From NCBI GenBank assembly GCA_947497585.1, contig CANMHG010000013.1:13568-77567 (forward strand): a stretch of 64,000 nt of DNA. Reading direction: 5' to 3'. The notes below the pieces were generated by a model that worked only from the letters and a program-made list of their open reading frames with translations, ran no database searches and had not been told where the DNA came from. Source of the DNA: an uncultured Bacillaceae bacterium (GTDB taxonomy: Bacteria > Bacillota > Bacilli > Bacillales > Bacillaceae_L). The position numbers and the translations under genes were made by a program. This document shows, piece after piece, positions 40,845 through 49,497 of this stretch; within the stretch, counting starts at the first letter, position 1; each line of letters opens with the position of its first letter.

Positions 40845-41728
40845 TTTACTAGCTCTTTATCTAACACAGTTTTGAAATAATCTAATAAATTGTTACGCAA
40901 ATCGTCACGTTTTAATGCAAACTCTAATGTAGTTTGAATAAACCCCATTTTTTCACCAACGTCGTAACGAGTTCCTTCAAAATCATAAGCATATACTGCT
41001 TCGTGTTGGTTTAAACCAGCGATTGCATCTGTTAACTGAATTTCTCCCCCAGCACCTGGAACCTGGTTTTCAAGAATATTAAATATCCTAGGATTTAGAA
41101 TATAACGTCCCATAATTGCTAGATTTGATGGTGATTCCTCTTGTCTAGGTTTCTCTACAAGACTATTTACGCTGAAGAAACGTTCACCGATTTTGTTTCC
41201 ATCGACAATTCCATATCTTGATACTTCATTTTCAGGTACAGTTTGAACACCTAAGATAGAAGCATTATAACGTTTATATTGCTCAATCATCTGCGTTAAA
41301 CATGGCCTTTCTGCAGAGACAATATCATCTCCTAATAGAACAGCAAATGGTTCATCACCAATGAATTTACGTGCACACCAAATCGCATGACCTAATCCCT
41401 TAGGTTCTTTTTGACGAATATAATGGATATCAACTAGTTTCGATGATTTTTGTACTTCTTCTAATAATTCAAATTTACCTTTATCAAATAAATTCTGTTC
41501 TAGCTCAAACGAATGATCGAAGTGATCTTCAATCGCACGTTTACCTTTACCAGTAACAATGATTATATCCTCAATCCCAGAATCTACAGCTTCTTCAATA
41601 ATATATTGAATTGTCGGTTTATCAACAATCGGTAACATTTCTTTTGGCATTGCTTTGGTTGCTGGTAGAAATCTCGTTCCAAGACCGGCAGCTGGGATAA
41701 TGGCTTTTCTTACTCTTTTCATCAACAT
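40841..41728 (-). CDS. galU: UTP-glucose-1-phosphate uridylyltransferase
   Basis: [35 protein letters not shown]. Confidence 0.96.
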   Translation of the reverse strand: MLMKRVRKAIIPAAGLGTRFLPATKAMPKEMLPIVDKPTIQYIIEEAVDSGIEDIIIVTGKGKRAIEDHFDHSFELEQNLFDKGKFELLEEVQKSSKLVDIHYIRQKEPKGLGHAIWCARKFIGDEPFAVLLGDDIVSAERPCLTQMIEQYKRYNASILGVQTVPENEVSRYGIVDGNKIGERFFSVNSLVEKPRQEESPSNLAIMGRYILNPRIFNILENQVPGAGGEIQLTDAIAGLNQHEAVYAYDFEGTRYDVGEKMGFIQTTLEFALKRDDLRNNLLDYFKTVLDKELVK

Positions 41729-41736
41729 TGCTCCTT

Positions 41737-43587
41737 TTAACCTGGGATAGATAGTAGTTTCTGGGCGACAGGCTTACGATTAGCTAGCTTTAAAAGTTCA
41801 TCCCTAAGTTCTTCTTTTGATAGTTTAGTATAAACAGAAATTAGCTCTTCAATTTCGTTAATATACAGGTGAGCGGATTTTCCTACATAAATTTTTGGAT
41901 ACACCTGGTTTTCATGAACTTCCTCATCCTTTAGTAACTCCTCAAAAAGCTTTTCACCTGGTCTCTTTCCGGTATACTCAATTCCGATTTCATCAATTGA
42001 GTTACCTGAAAGCTTAATTAGGTTCTTGGCTAAATCCACTATTTTAACTGGATCACCCATATCAAGGACGAAGACTTCTCCACCTTTTGCTAGAGAACCA
42101 GCTTGGATCACTAATCTTGATGCTTCAGGAATTGTCATAAAATAGCGAACCATTTCAGGATCTGTAACAGTAACCGGTCCGCCTTTTTCGATTTGCTTTT
42201 TAAAGAGAGGAATGACACTTCCTCGACTTCCTAATACATTGCCGAACCGAACTGCTACAAACTTTGTTTTACTATATCGGTCCATATTTTGAATCAGCAT
42301 TTCTGCTAATCGCTTTGTTGCTCCCATTACACTTGTAGGGTTAACCGCTTTATCTGTTGAAACCATTACAAATGTTTCTACACCGTGCCAACTTGCAGCC
42401 TGAGCGACATTCCTCGTACCAATAATGTTATTCTTAACTGCTACATCAGGATTTTTCTCCATTAACGGAACATGCTTGTGTGCAGCTGCGTGATACACAA
42501 CATTTGGACGATGTGCATTCATAACTCTCATCATTTGCTTCTCATCTTGTAGCTCTGCTATTTCAGTTACGAACTCAATTTTTGACTGTCTGAAAGTCTC
42601 TTTTAATTCCATTTCAATGGTATAGATGCTGTTTTCTCCGTGCCCTAGAAGGATAAGCTGTTTTGGATTAAATTTAGAAATCTGTCTACAAATCTCTGAA
42701 CCTATTGAACCACCAGCCCCAGTTACTAGAACCACCTTATCAGTTACATATTCAGAAATGCTTTCAATATCTAGATCAACCGGTTCTCTCCCTAGTAGAT
42801 CCTCTACTTGGACATCTCGGAACTGACTGACTGAAACCTTTCCAGTGATTAAGTCCTCTAACATTGGGAGGATTTGAGTCTTAGCATTTGTTTTTGCACA
42901 TTCTTGAAAGATGACATTAAGTTCCCGTTTACTTAATGAAGGAATGGCAATAATAATATTTTCTATTGATAGTTCCTTTACAGCACATTCAATTTGATTA
43001 ACCCCACCTAATACTGGTAATCCTAAAATATCTAGCTTCTGCTTTTTTACACTGTCGTCGATGAACGCAACTGCTAATAGATCGCCCTCATTGTTTTTTA
43101 AAAGTTGTCTTGCAACCATTCGACCTGCTGAACCAGCTCCAACAATAAGTGTTCTCCTTCTGTTTTCCGGCTTATTGATTATAGAATTTCGATATAATCT
43201 AAGAGTAAAACGTGAGCCACCCATTAATAACATATGAAGCATATAAGTCACGGTAAGAAGCCGAAAGTGAACCTGTTGATTCATTACTAACTGAACGATC
43301 GCAGCCAATAATAAAGAAAAGCCTACAACTCTGAGTATGATTAGTAATTCACCAATACTTGCATACTCCCAAGCTTTCTTATAAAGTTTAAATTTTAATG
43401 AGAAAAAATGATGACTAAAAAGAATGACAGCTGAAGTGATTATGATTTGTAGGTTGAATACATGAATGTCAGCATTCACTAAAAAGCTACTAAAGAAAAT
43501 TGCAGTAAAAACGATACACGAATCTATCAAGATAAAAAACGATAGCCTCTGACGGTAGGTCATAGCTTTCCCCCTTCCAATAACCAT
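41737..43587 (-). CDS. Polysaccharide biosynthesis protein, NDP-sugar 4,6-dehydratase (EpsC/CapD/PglF type)
   Basis: N-terminal TM helices; [46 protein letters not shown]. Confidence 0.93.
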   Translation of the reverse strand: MVIGRGKAMTYRQRLSFFILIDSCIVFTAIFFSSFLVNADIHVFNLQIIITSAVILFSHHFFSLKFKLYKKAWEYASIGELLIILRVVGFSLLLAAIVQLVMNQQVHFRLLTVTYMLHMLLMGGSRFTLRLYRNSIINKPENRRRTLIVGAGSAGRMVARQLLKNNEGDLLAVAFIDDSVKKQKLDILGLPVLGGVNQIECAVKELSIENIIIAIPSLSKRELNVIFQECAKTNAKTQILPMLEDLITGKVSVSQFRDVQVEDLLGREPVDLDIESISEYVTDKVVLVTGAGGSIGSEICRQISKFNPKQLILLGHGENSIYTIEMELKETFRQSKIEFVTEIAELQDEKQMMRVMNAHRPNVVYHAAAHKHVPLMEKNPDVAVKNNIIGTRNVAQAASWHGVETFVMVSTDKAVNPTSVMGATKRLAEMLIQNMDRYSKTKFVAVRFGNVLGSRGSVIPLFKKQIEKGGPVTVTDPEMVRYFMTIPEASRLVIQAGSLAKGGEVFVLDMGDPVKIVDLAKNLIKLSGNSIDEIGIEYTGKRPGEKLFEELLKDEEVHENQVYPKIYVGKSAHLYINEIEELISVYTKLSKEELRDELLKLANRKPVAQKLLSIPG

Positions 43588-43593
43588 TTATCC

Positions 43594-43734
43594 TTACTCT
43601 GCATGGACTAATCTCGTTTGTATCGCATATTCAATCAGTTTTTTAATATCCTCCAGTTGTTCCTTTGTTGCATCTTGTTTGATGTATCTAACAGCTTTTT
43701 TAATTGATTTTGGAAATTTATCAAATTCCTTCAT
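43594..43734 (-). CDS. Hypothetical 46-aa protein MKEFDKFPKSIKKAVRYIKQDATKEQLEDIKKLIEYAIQTRLVHAE
   Basis: Hand-translated; AAGGAG upstream; first ORF after EAR copy 1. Confidence 0.6.
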   Translation of the reverse strand: MKEFDKFPKSIKKAVRYIKQDATKEQLEDIKKLIEYAIQTRLVHAE

Positions 43735-43836
43735 AAAAAGTGCTACAGCTCCTTATTTTATTAGTTGAATAAATTAAAGTTCTTAACTATAAGGTCTTGT
43801 AAGGAAACCTTATGGTTAAAAGCTTTAAATTTAAAA

Positions 43837-43949
43837 TTGGGCATCTAACCCACCCTCACACCACACTTTTGACAACAGATGTGTCTAAGGTTTTTTCAAC
43901 CCACAGCATGATCGAGTGCCTCCATCGATAACGGTAAGGAGACATCACC
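43837..43949 (-). ncRNA. EAR/epsC-like cis-regulatory antiterminator RNA, copy 1
   Basis: Multi-hairpin 113-nt element upstream of an epsC-like gene (canonical EAR context); duplicated at 19454-19566. Confidence 0.75.
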
Positions 43950-43970
43950 GCATAATAAAACGAACATTAA

Positions 43971-44139
43971 TTTCTCAATAAAGAACACTATAGTAAAAAT
44001 ATAACCAACATATGTCTGGTTTAGTTTGATTTATTCTTTTTAAAGAACATTTCCTGTGAAAAAATACTTTTTTACTTACTTTTGTTCAGTTTGGAAAACT
44101 TATTACCCTCAGTTTAGTTCTTTATACAGAACAAGTCAA
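43971..44139 (-). promoter_or_regulatory. Main EPS sigma-A promoter with three SinR-type boxes
   Basis: TTGACT (44134-44139), 17 nt, TAAACT (44111-44116) with box 44117-44132 in the spacer; further boxes at 44033-44048 and 43971-43986. Confidence 0.7.
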
Positions 44140-44173
44140 TCTGTTTTTTACATTTTTTTGAATTTATTAATAC

Positions 44174-44518
44174 CTATGAACTATAGTTTCTTTCTTTTCC
44201 AAGGGTTAAAGCTAGTTCTTTTAACTCATCAACTGTAATGTTATATTTTTTTAATTCTAAAGATAGACGTTTTAATTCTAGGTCAAATGAATCAGGTTCT
44301 TCTTGGTTGGCAGTTGGTTTCAGATCACCAAAGAAATAGGATATATCAATATCAAAGTACTTTGATAAGTCCTCTAGAAAGTCAATCGCCGGTTTTCTAC
44401 TTCCACGTTCAATTTTTGATAAATTGCTGTAGTTAAATTGAATAGCCTCTCCTAATTCCTTTAACGTCATTCCACGGTCAATTCTTAATTCCTTAATACG
44501 GTCTCCTATGTGCTTCAC
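44174..44518 (-). CDS. XRE-family HTH transcriptional regulator
   Basis: IGDRIKELR...TLKELGE...SNLSKIERG; GTG start after GAGGTG. Confidence 0.85.
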   Translation of the reverse strand: MKHIGDRIKELRIDRGMTLKELGEAIQFNYSNLSKIERGSRKPAIDFLEDLSKYFDIDISYFFGDLKPTANQEEPDSFDLELKRLSLELKKYNITVDELKELALTLGKERNYSS

Positions 44519-44557
44519 CTGTATTCTATCACCTCTTATGTACTCACAGAACATTAC

Positions 44558-44608
44558 GTTCTTTATAAAGAATAAAATTACTATAACACGGATTGTCAGT
44601 TTGAACAA
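44558..44608 (-). promoter_or_regulatory. Promoter of the XRE gene with a SinR-type box over +1
   Basis: TTGTTC (44603-44608), 17 nt, TGt-TATAGT (44580-44585); box 44558-44573. Confidence 0.55.
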
Positions 44609-44626
44609 TATTATTTTCTAATATAC

Positions 44627-44725
44627 GTTCACTAAAAAGAACGATTGGTTTTTTATAGTAATTTAGATATATTTATCATCTTTATTAAAATAGTTCTTTA
44701 AAAAGAACATATTATTCTGTATAAT
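44627..44725 (+). promoter_or_regulatory. Two SinR-type boxes and the probable sinR promoter
   Basis: Boxes at 44627-44642 and 44693-44708; TATAAT at 44720-44725 with the -35 position inside the second box. Confidence 0.55.
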
Positions 44726-44813
44726 GAAAATGTCGTATTAATGTAAAATTCTTGCACTTAATTTAATTAAATTGCTTTTAGATAAAAGCTACTTTGAAAT
44801 AAGGAGTAACCAA

Positions 44814-45179
44814 ATGATAGGGATAGGTGACCGCATAAAAAGCTTACGCAAGCAAAAAGGCTATTCAATAACAGAGCTTGCAGTTCTAGCTGGTGTTTCT
44901 AAATCATACTTAAGTTATATAGAACGAAATCTTCAAAATAACCCTTCGTTACAGTTTTTAGTAAAGATTGCCTCTCCTCTCGACACTTCCTTAGATTTTT
45001 TGATTGGTGATGATACACAGATTGAATCGAAATCTGAGATTAAAGATAAGTTGGACGATGAATGGAGATGTATTATTCAAAAAGCGATAGATGATGGAAT
45101 GAGTAAGGATGATTTTAGGGAGTATCGTGAATTCATTCGCTTTAAGAACTGGAGGCGGAATCGTCAACTACGTGATTGA
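44814..45179 (+). CDS. sinR: SinR-family biofilm regulator (XRE HTH plus SinI-type dimerisation domain)
   Basis: KGYSITELA..AGVSKSYLSYIERNLQNNPSLQFL; C-terminal LDDEW..IIQKAIDDGMSKDDFREY; next to yqzG/yqzE/comG as in B. subtilis; start reassigned to ATG 44814. Could also be SlrR-like. Confidence 0.75.
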   Translation: MIGIGDRIKSLRKQKGYSITELAVLAGVSKSYLSYIERNLQNNPSLQFLVKIASPLDTSLDFLIGDDTQIESKSEIKDKLDDEWRCIIQKAIDDGMSKDDFREYREFIRFKNWRRNRQLRD

Positions 45180-45223
45180 GGATTTTCTATATTTAACAAA
45201 ATTTTGTGGACTAAAGGTGAAAT

Positions 45224-45745
45224 ATGATTAAACGTCTTATATCATTAAGTATAATTACTATTATTATGGTGGCTGGAATTGTACAAGTACGCTCTATAGA
45301 TAGAATACATGCAAATACAAATCCATTATCAAGTGCATATAACGTTATCAAGAAAGACATTACTCAGGAAAAATTTTCTCCATCGGTTGGAGAAGTTATT
45401 GGGGTATTATCAATTCCCCGCTTAAATTCGGAGTTGGGAATAACAGAAGGAAATGAAGAATTAGGTCGTGGAATTTCTCACGAGGTGAATTCTGCTTTTC
45501 CAAGCGACAATGGTTTAATTATTCTTAACTTAATGGAGAGTTCAGTTCTAAATCGTGCAAGCGAAATTCAAAATGGTGATGAGATTATCATCAATCTTCC
45601 ATACGGAAGCTTTACATATCAAGTTAAAGAGAGCTATCCTTCTTCTGATTTCAATCCTTTAAATTCTAATACTGAATGTCTAATTCTAACAATACCAGAT
45701 AATTCTTATACCATCTATGCAGAAAGAGTAAAAGCGACCAATTAG
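45224..45745 (+). CDS. Class D sortase-like protein lacking the catalytic residues
   Basis: N-terminal TM; GVLSIPRL, GISH, GDEIII..YQV; no GHR or TLxTC motif. Confidence 0.65.
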   Translation: MIKRLISLSIITIIMVAGIVQVRSIDRIHANTNPLSSAYNVIKKDITQEKFSPSVGEVIGVLSIPRLNSELGITEGNEELGRGISHEVNSAFPSDNGLIILNLMESSVLNRASEIQNGDEIIINLPYGSFTYQVKESYPSSDFNPLNSNTECLILTIPDNSYTIYAERVKATN

Positions 45746-45752
45746 GCCGCTT

Positions 45753-46379
45753 CTATTTTTTGTCTTCAGTTGCAGTTAAAACAAGTCCACGTTCGTTTTC
45801 AATAACCCTATAGTTAACATTATTTAACGTTGCCTCAGAATCAAGTAGGTCCTTATCTTTCTCTAAAATAACCAAATCATGAACCATTGAGTTAATTTGA
45901 GCTTCACTCACTTTTTTATCTTTATTCGTAACAGATACGAGTAAAAAGAATGAAGCAAGTGTATCTTCAAACTGATCAAGAGATTGCTCTAGCTTTTCAG
46001 CTTCTACTTCTTTTCGGATAATGGAAAGCTTTGAGACTTCGTTTGTATCTTCGTTTACGATTCCTTCTAAAATTAAGCCTTCACCTACATCAGTTTTAAA
46101 TTCTCCATTTGATACAACAAGATCTTTGATTTGATAGGCTTCGTCTTCTTTCATTTCAGCTTGTGCTGCGTTCCAGTTTTCTTTTAATTCTTCAGGTGTA
46201 AAACCTAATGTACCTAATTCAGTTTGTGCTTGGATACGTGCAATGCCTGCATCATTCACTGTGGTACCTTCTGTTTCTGCTGTTTTGGCTTCTTTTTTCT
46301 CTTCCTTGGCTTTGTCTTTGCCGCCGCCACAGCCAACTAAAGTCATCGCGCATATTAGTATAAAGAATAATTTTTTCAT
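45753..46379 (-). CDS. Putative lipoprotein
   Basis: MKK signal with lipobox LVG/C, then a Lys/Glu-rich linker. Confidence 0.8.
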   Translation of the reverse strand: MKKLFFILICAMTLVGCGGGKDKAKEEKKEAKTAETEGTTVNDAGIARIQAQTELGTLGFTPEELKENWNAAQAEMKEDEAYQIKDLVVSNGEFKTDVGEGLILEGIVNEDTNEVSKLSIIRKEVEAEKLEQSLDQFEDTLASFFLLVSVTNKDKKVSEAQINSMVHDLVILEKDKDLLDSEATLNNVNYRVIENERGLVLTATEDKK

Positions 46380-46477
46380 AACATCCTCCCAATAATAATG
46401 CCTGTTTCATATAGCATTAATATGTACGGAAGGGCTGCAAATCATTCTTCAATTAAGAGAAGGATTGTATTTTTTTA

Positions 46478-47131
46478 TTAAAAAGGCTCTTGATCTAATA
46501 GCATAATCCGATACAAGAAAACTTCTTTGTATTTCTTAACAAACTTCTTAAGCTCTTCTTCGTCTTCAAAGTTAATAGTTCTCATCGTCATTGAGTTTCC
46601 GTCATTTCTTATGGTAACTGCTAGTGTAACCGGCTTTTGTATACCCTCAATATTGATATCATGACCAAAACCCGAATATGCCTCACTTAAGTTTGGATAT
46701 TCAGCTTTAATGGCACCAGATTGGGAAGAAGCGGTTGTACCTCCTTGGGATAGTGAAGAATTCCAACGATCGTATTTTTCCTCATCTACTTCAAAGGAAG
46801 TTTTTGCAAATGCTACTGTAAAGGTTTTCTCTTTCTCTTTATCCTCAGGTCCAAGACCCATGGCAGCACCTGTTAAATTATCCTGTTTTTCACCATTTTT
46901 ATAATGTTCTACCCAAAATTCGATGTACTTTACTTCTTCTGGTTTGTAAAGATCAATATCGTAAACAGCTACTTTTTCGACGCCTAATGATTCAACAAGG
47001 CTCATATTGATTTCACTTAGATCTGAGGTTTTTACTTTTGCTAACGTATTTTCCGAAGGCTTATCCTGCGTACAACCAAATAGGAAAAGAATACTAAAAC
47101 CGATTAGCCACTTACTAAATTTTTTCATCAT
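46478..47131 (-). CDS. Putative lipoprotein
   Basis: Signal peptide with lipobox LFG/C. Confidence 0.8.
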   Translation of the reverse strand: MMKKFSKWLIGFSILFLFGCTQDKPSENTLAKVKTSDLSEINMSLVESLGVEKVAVYDIDLYKPEEVKYIEFWVEHYKNGEKQDNLTGAAMGLGPEDKEKEKTFTVAFAKTSFEVDEEKYDRWNSSLSQGGTTASSQSGAIKAEYPNLSEAYSGFGHDINIEGIQKPVTLAVTIRNDGNSMTMRTINFEDEEELKKFVKKYKEVFLYRIMLLDQEPF

Positions 47132-47183
47132 TCATCCCACCTAATGTATAGTTATAATCGTTGTGTAAATGCTATAAAATGAG

Positions 47184-47537
47184 GTGATTATTATTTATAA
47201 AAAATGTGTATTAAGTCTATTTATAGCTATGTTCATTCCCTCTGGTTATTCTTACGTATTACCTACTGAAAAAGTTTCAGCTGAATCCGGGCAATTAAAG
47301 GAAGGCGAAAAGTGGGGAGAGCTAGCTATTGAAGAAGTTCAGAAAAAGTATGATGGTGTATTAATCAAGGAATATAAATATGTTTGGCATGAGGAAAAGA
47401 AGGATGGTACTGGTATTAAGCGATTTAAGTTTTTATTACGACACTCTGGCAAAGAATTTGGAGTGTATGTGACGATTAGTTATGATGTAAAGTCAGAAGA
47501 GGTAAAAGAGATACAAATAATGGAGGTTGCCCACTAA
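47184..47537 (+). CDS. YqzG-like (DUF3889) exported protein
   Basis: KWGELAIEEVQKKY, FKFLL...KEFGVYVTI; conserved position next to yqzE. Confidence 0.7.
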   Translation: MIIIYKKCVLSLFIAMFIPSGYSYVLPTEKVSAESGQLKEGEKWGELAIEEVQKKYDGVLIKEYKYVWHEEKKDGTGIKRFKFLLRHSGKEFGVYVTISYDVKSEEVKEIQIMEVAH

Positions 47538-47541
47538 AACT

Positions 47542-47572
47542 AAAAAAGAGTGACATGAGAAAATGTCACTCT
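47542..47572 (-). terminator. Intrinsic terminator between convergent genes
   Basis: AGAGTGACAT-N6-ATGTCACTCT with an A-tract on the left. Confidence 0.7.
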
Positions 47573-47575
47573 GGG

Positions 47576-47764
47576 CTATTTTCGTTTCTTTAACAATAAT
47601 TTAAAAGCAAAAGGGATGACCCCAAACCATTGATCCATAAAGGGTGAGCGTTCACTCTTACGTAGTTGTCTTGTTTCTTTACGAATATTTTTTGGTTTAT
47701 CTATATAGCTTACAATTTGCTGCGTCATAAATTTCACATAATCATTTGGAGACATATATAACAC
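47576..47764 (-). CDS. yqzE: YqzE family protein
   Basis: NDYVKFMTQQIVSYIDKPK, QWFGVIPF. Confidence 0.85.
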   Translation of the reverse strand: MLYMSPNDYVKFMTQQIVSYIDKPKNIRKETRQLRKSERSPFMDQWFGVIPFAFKLLLKKRK

Positions 47765-47800
47765 CTACTTACTCTTTTAGTGTCATTTTGCCCAAGTTTA

Positions 47801-48298
47801 TTACTTTTTAATCACCAACATGATCTCATTTACAATATCGCTCACGTCTTTGTTTGAGGTATTAACTGTGTAATGTGCTTCTTGATAAAGAGGTAATCTG
47901 TCATGGAACAGTTTTTCTGTTCTAGACATTTGCTCATGATTAAATAACGGTCTTGAGTTATCATTCTTTAAGCGTTCTACAATAATGTTGAAATCACAGT
48001 GCAAGTAAATAACAGTACCATTAAATAACATCCATTCACGATTTTCTTTTTGAGTCACCATTCCCCCACCAGTTGTAATAATCACATGCTCAGTTGGTAG
48101 CTCCTTCAAAGCTTCTCGCTCATAGGTTCTAAATGAGGTTTCTCCTTCAGTGTTAAAGATGTCTCTAATTTTTTTATCCTTCTTTTTTTCGATATAGTCA
48201 TCTGTATCAATAACCGGAAGATTTAAAGCCTTACCAAGTTCTAAACCAATAGTTGATTTTCCCGCTCCCATAAACCCTGTTAAGTAAATTGCTTTCAT
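47801..48298 (-). CDS. aroK: Shikimate kinase
   Basis: GFMGAGKST, DTD, GE..FR..E, TGGG, RPL. Confidence 0.93.
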   Translation of the reverse strand: MKAIYLTGFMGAGKSTIGLELGKALNLPVIDTDDYIEKKKDKKIRDIFNTEGETSFRTYEREALKELPTEHVIITTGGGMVTQKENREWMLFNGTVIYLHCDFNIIVERLKNDNSRPLFNHEQMSRTEKLFHDRLPLYQEAHYTVNTSNKDVSDIVNEIMLVIKK

Positions 48299-48349
48299 TG
48301 TTTTCTCCTAGAATACGTTTGTTGTCATTTTACAATATCTAAACCATTT

Positions 48350-48742
48350 TTAAAACCTAATCCATAGACTTGGTTTCTTTTCTGTATAGTCATATAAATA
48401 CTTCGCGTTGTACTTCCTCCCATTTGATGTTTCACAGTACATCGTAATTGCAAATCTTTCTAGGGTTTGTTCAGCCACTTGATATCTTACTTTCCCATTT
48501 GGATAATACAACCATGCTGAATATGCACTAGTGAGGCTTCCCTCAACTATTTTACTTTCTATCTCCTCAATAATATCATTTACCGCCATACTAATAATCA
48601 TTTCCAAATGATATTGCTCTTCCACTTCCTTATAAAATCGTTTTTCAGTAAGATAAAGATCCAATTGATGTGTAAAGACTGCAAAAAATAGTAAAGAGAT
48701 AGCAATAGTTGTCGGTAAAATAAAACCTTTATCATTTTTCAT
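48350..48742 (-). CDS. comGG: Competence pseudopilin ComGG
   Basis: KGF/ILP prepilin-like site; last gene of comG operon. Confidence 0.8.
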   Translation of the reverse strand: MKNDKGFILPTTIAISLLFFAVFTHQLDLYLTEKRFYKEVEEQYHLEMIISMAVNDIIEEIESKIVEGSLTSAYSAWLYYPNGKVRYQVAEQTLERFAITMYCETSNGRKYNAKYLYDYTEKKPSLWIRF

Positions 48743-48745
48743 ACA

Positions 48746-49168
48746 TCACCCCAAAGGAAAAACAGAGAATAGTTGTGACTTAAAAACGTTGTTATGTTTA
48801 TCTATTGCTTCAATGACGACTCCATTTATGAGCATTTCATACTTAACCCCGCTAACATTTTGAAGGAGTATCTCATGCCCTGTTCCATTCACTCTTCTTC
48901 GAATGCTTGTACCATAGGTTTCATATGTTACTGTTTCTCCATTATTTTTTGAAAATCTAAGTGTTGTGTTTGTATTTGAAACCTGTATTGATTGGTATAT
49001 TTCCTGTTTTGCTTGTTGAATAAAGACTTCCCATTCGAGTTTGTTTACTCCTCCTGACTTAGGCTCCTTCATAATAGCTAACAACCCTCCAACAAATGTG
49101 ATTAATAGCATTAGAATAGAAAGTGATACTAACATTTCTAAGAATGTAAAACCTCTTTCATTGTTCAT
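48746..49168 (-). CDS. comGF: Competence protein ComGF
   Basis: RGF/TFLEML; EWEVF..Q; IRRRVNGTGHEILLQ. Confidence 0.85.
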   Translation of the reverse strand: MNNERGFTFLEMLVSLSILMLLITFVGGLLAIMKEPKSGGVNKLEWEVFIQQAKQEIYQSIQVSNTNTTLRFSKNNGETVTYETYGTSIRRRVNGTGHEILLQNVSGVKYEMLINGVVIEAIDKHNNVFKSQLFSVFPLG

Positions 49169-49497
49169 TTATTTGTATATCCACACCTTTCTTCTGGACG
49201 TTTACGTTTATCTTCCCAACGAACACAAACTTTTGTTTCATCCTCAGAACTCCACTCCAAAGTATAGTGGATACCATTACTTGAAATAGCCTTATTTTCT
49301 TTCACTCTTAAGCCATTTTTAATGGCCATTAACTCTTCAAAAATGAGTTGATTTGCAGTGTTAACAAAAAGAATATTGGCTCTTTCTTGTTTCACTAAAA
49401 CGAAGGACGGAATCAAGGTTGTTAAGAGTAATAACCAAATTGAAAAGGAAACCAAAACCTCCAATAGTGAAAATCCTCGCTCACATTTTCGTAACAT
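49165..49497 (-). CDS. comGE: Competence pseudopilin ComGE
   Basis: RGF/SLLEVL; operon position; start reassigned to ATG 49497. Confidence 0.8.
   Translation of the reverse strand: MLRKCERGFSLLEVLVSFSIWLLLLTTLIPSFVLVKQERANILFVNTANQLIFEELMAIKNGLRVKENKAISSNGIHYTLEWSSEDETKVCVRWEDKRKRPEERCGYTNK

Noticed and set aside
3211-44708. GTTC/GAAC repeats as a CRISPR array or LexA (SOS) boxes
   Set aside because: They are dispersed without regular spacers and there are no cas genes. The Bacillus LexA box is GAAC-N4-GTTC, the opposite arrangement with different spacing.
1-46400. Mobile element boundaries for the EPS/lasso block
   Set aside because: No transposase, integrase or terminal repeats seen; the left end lies outside the window.
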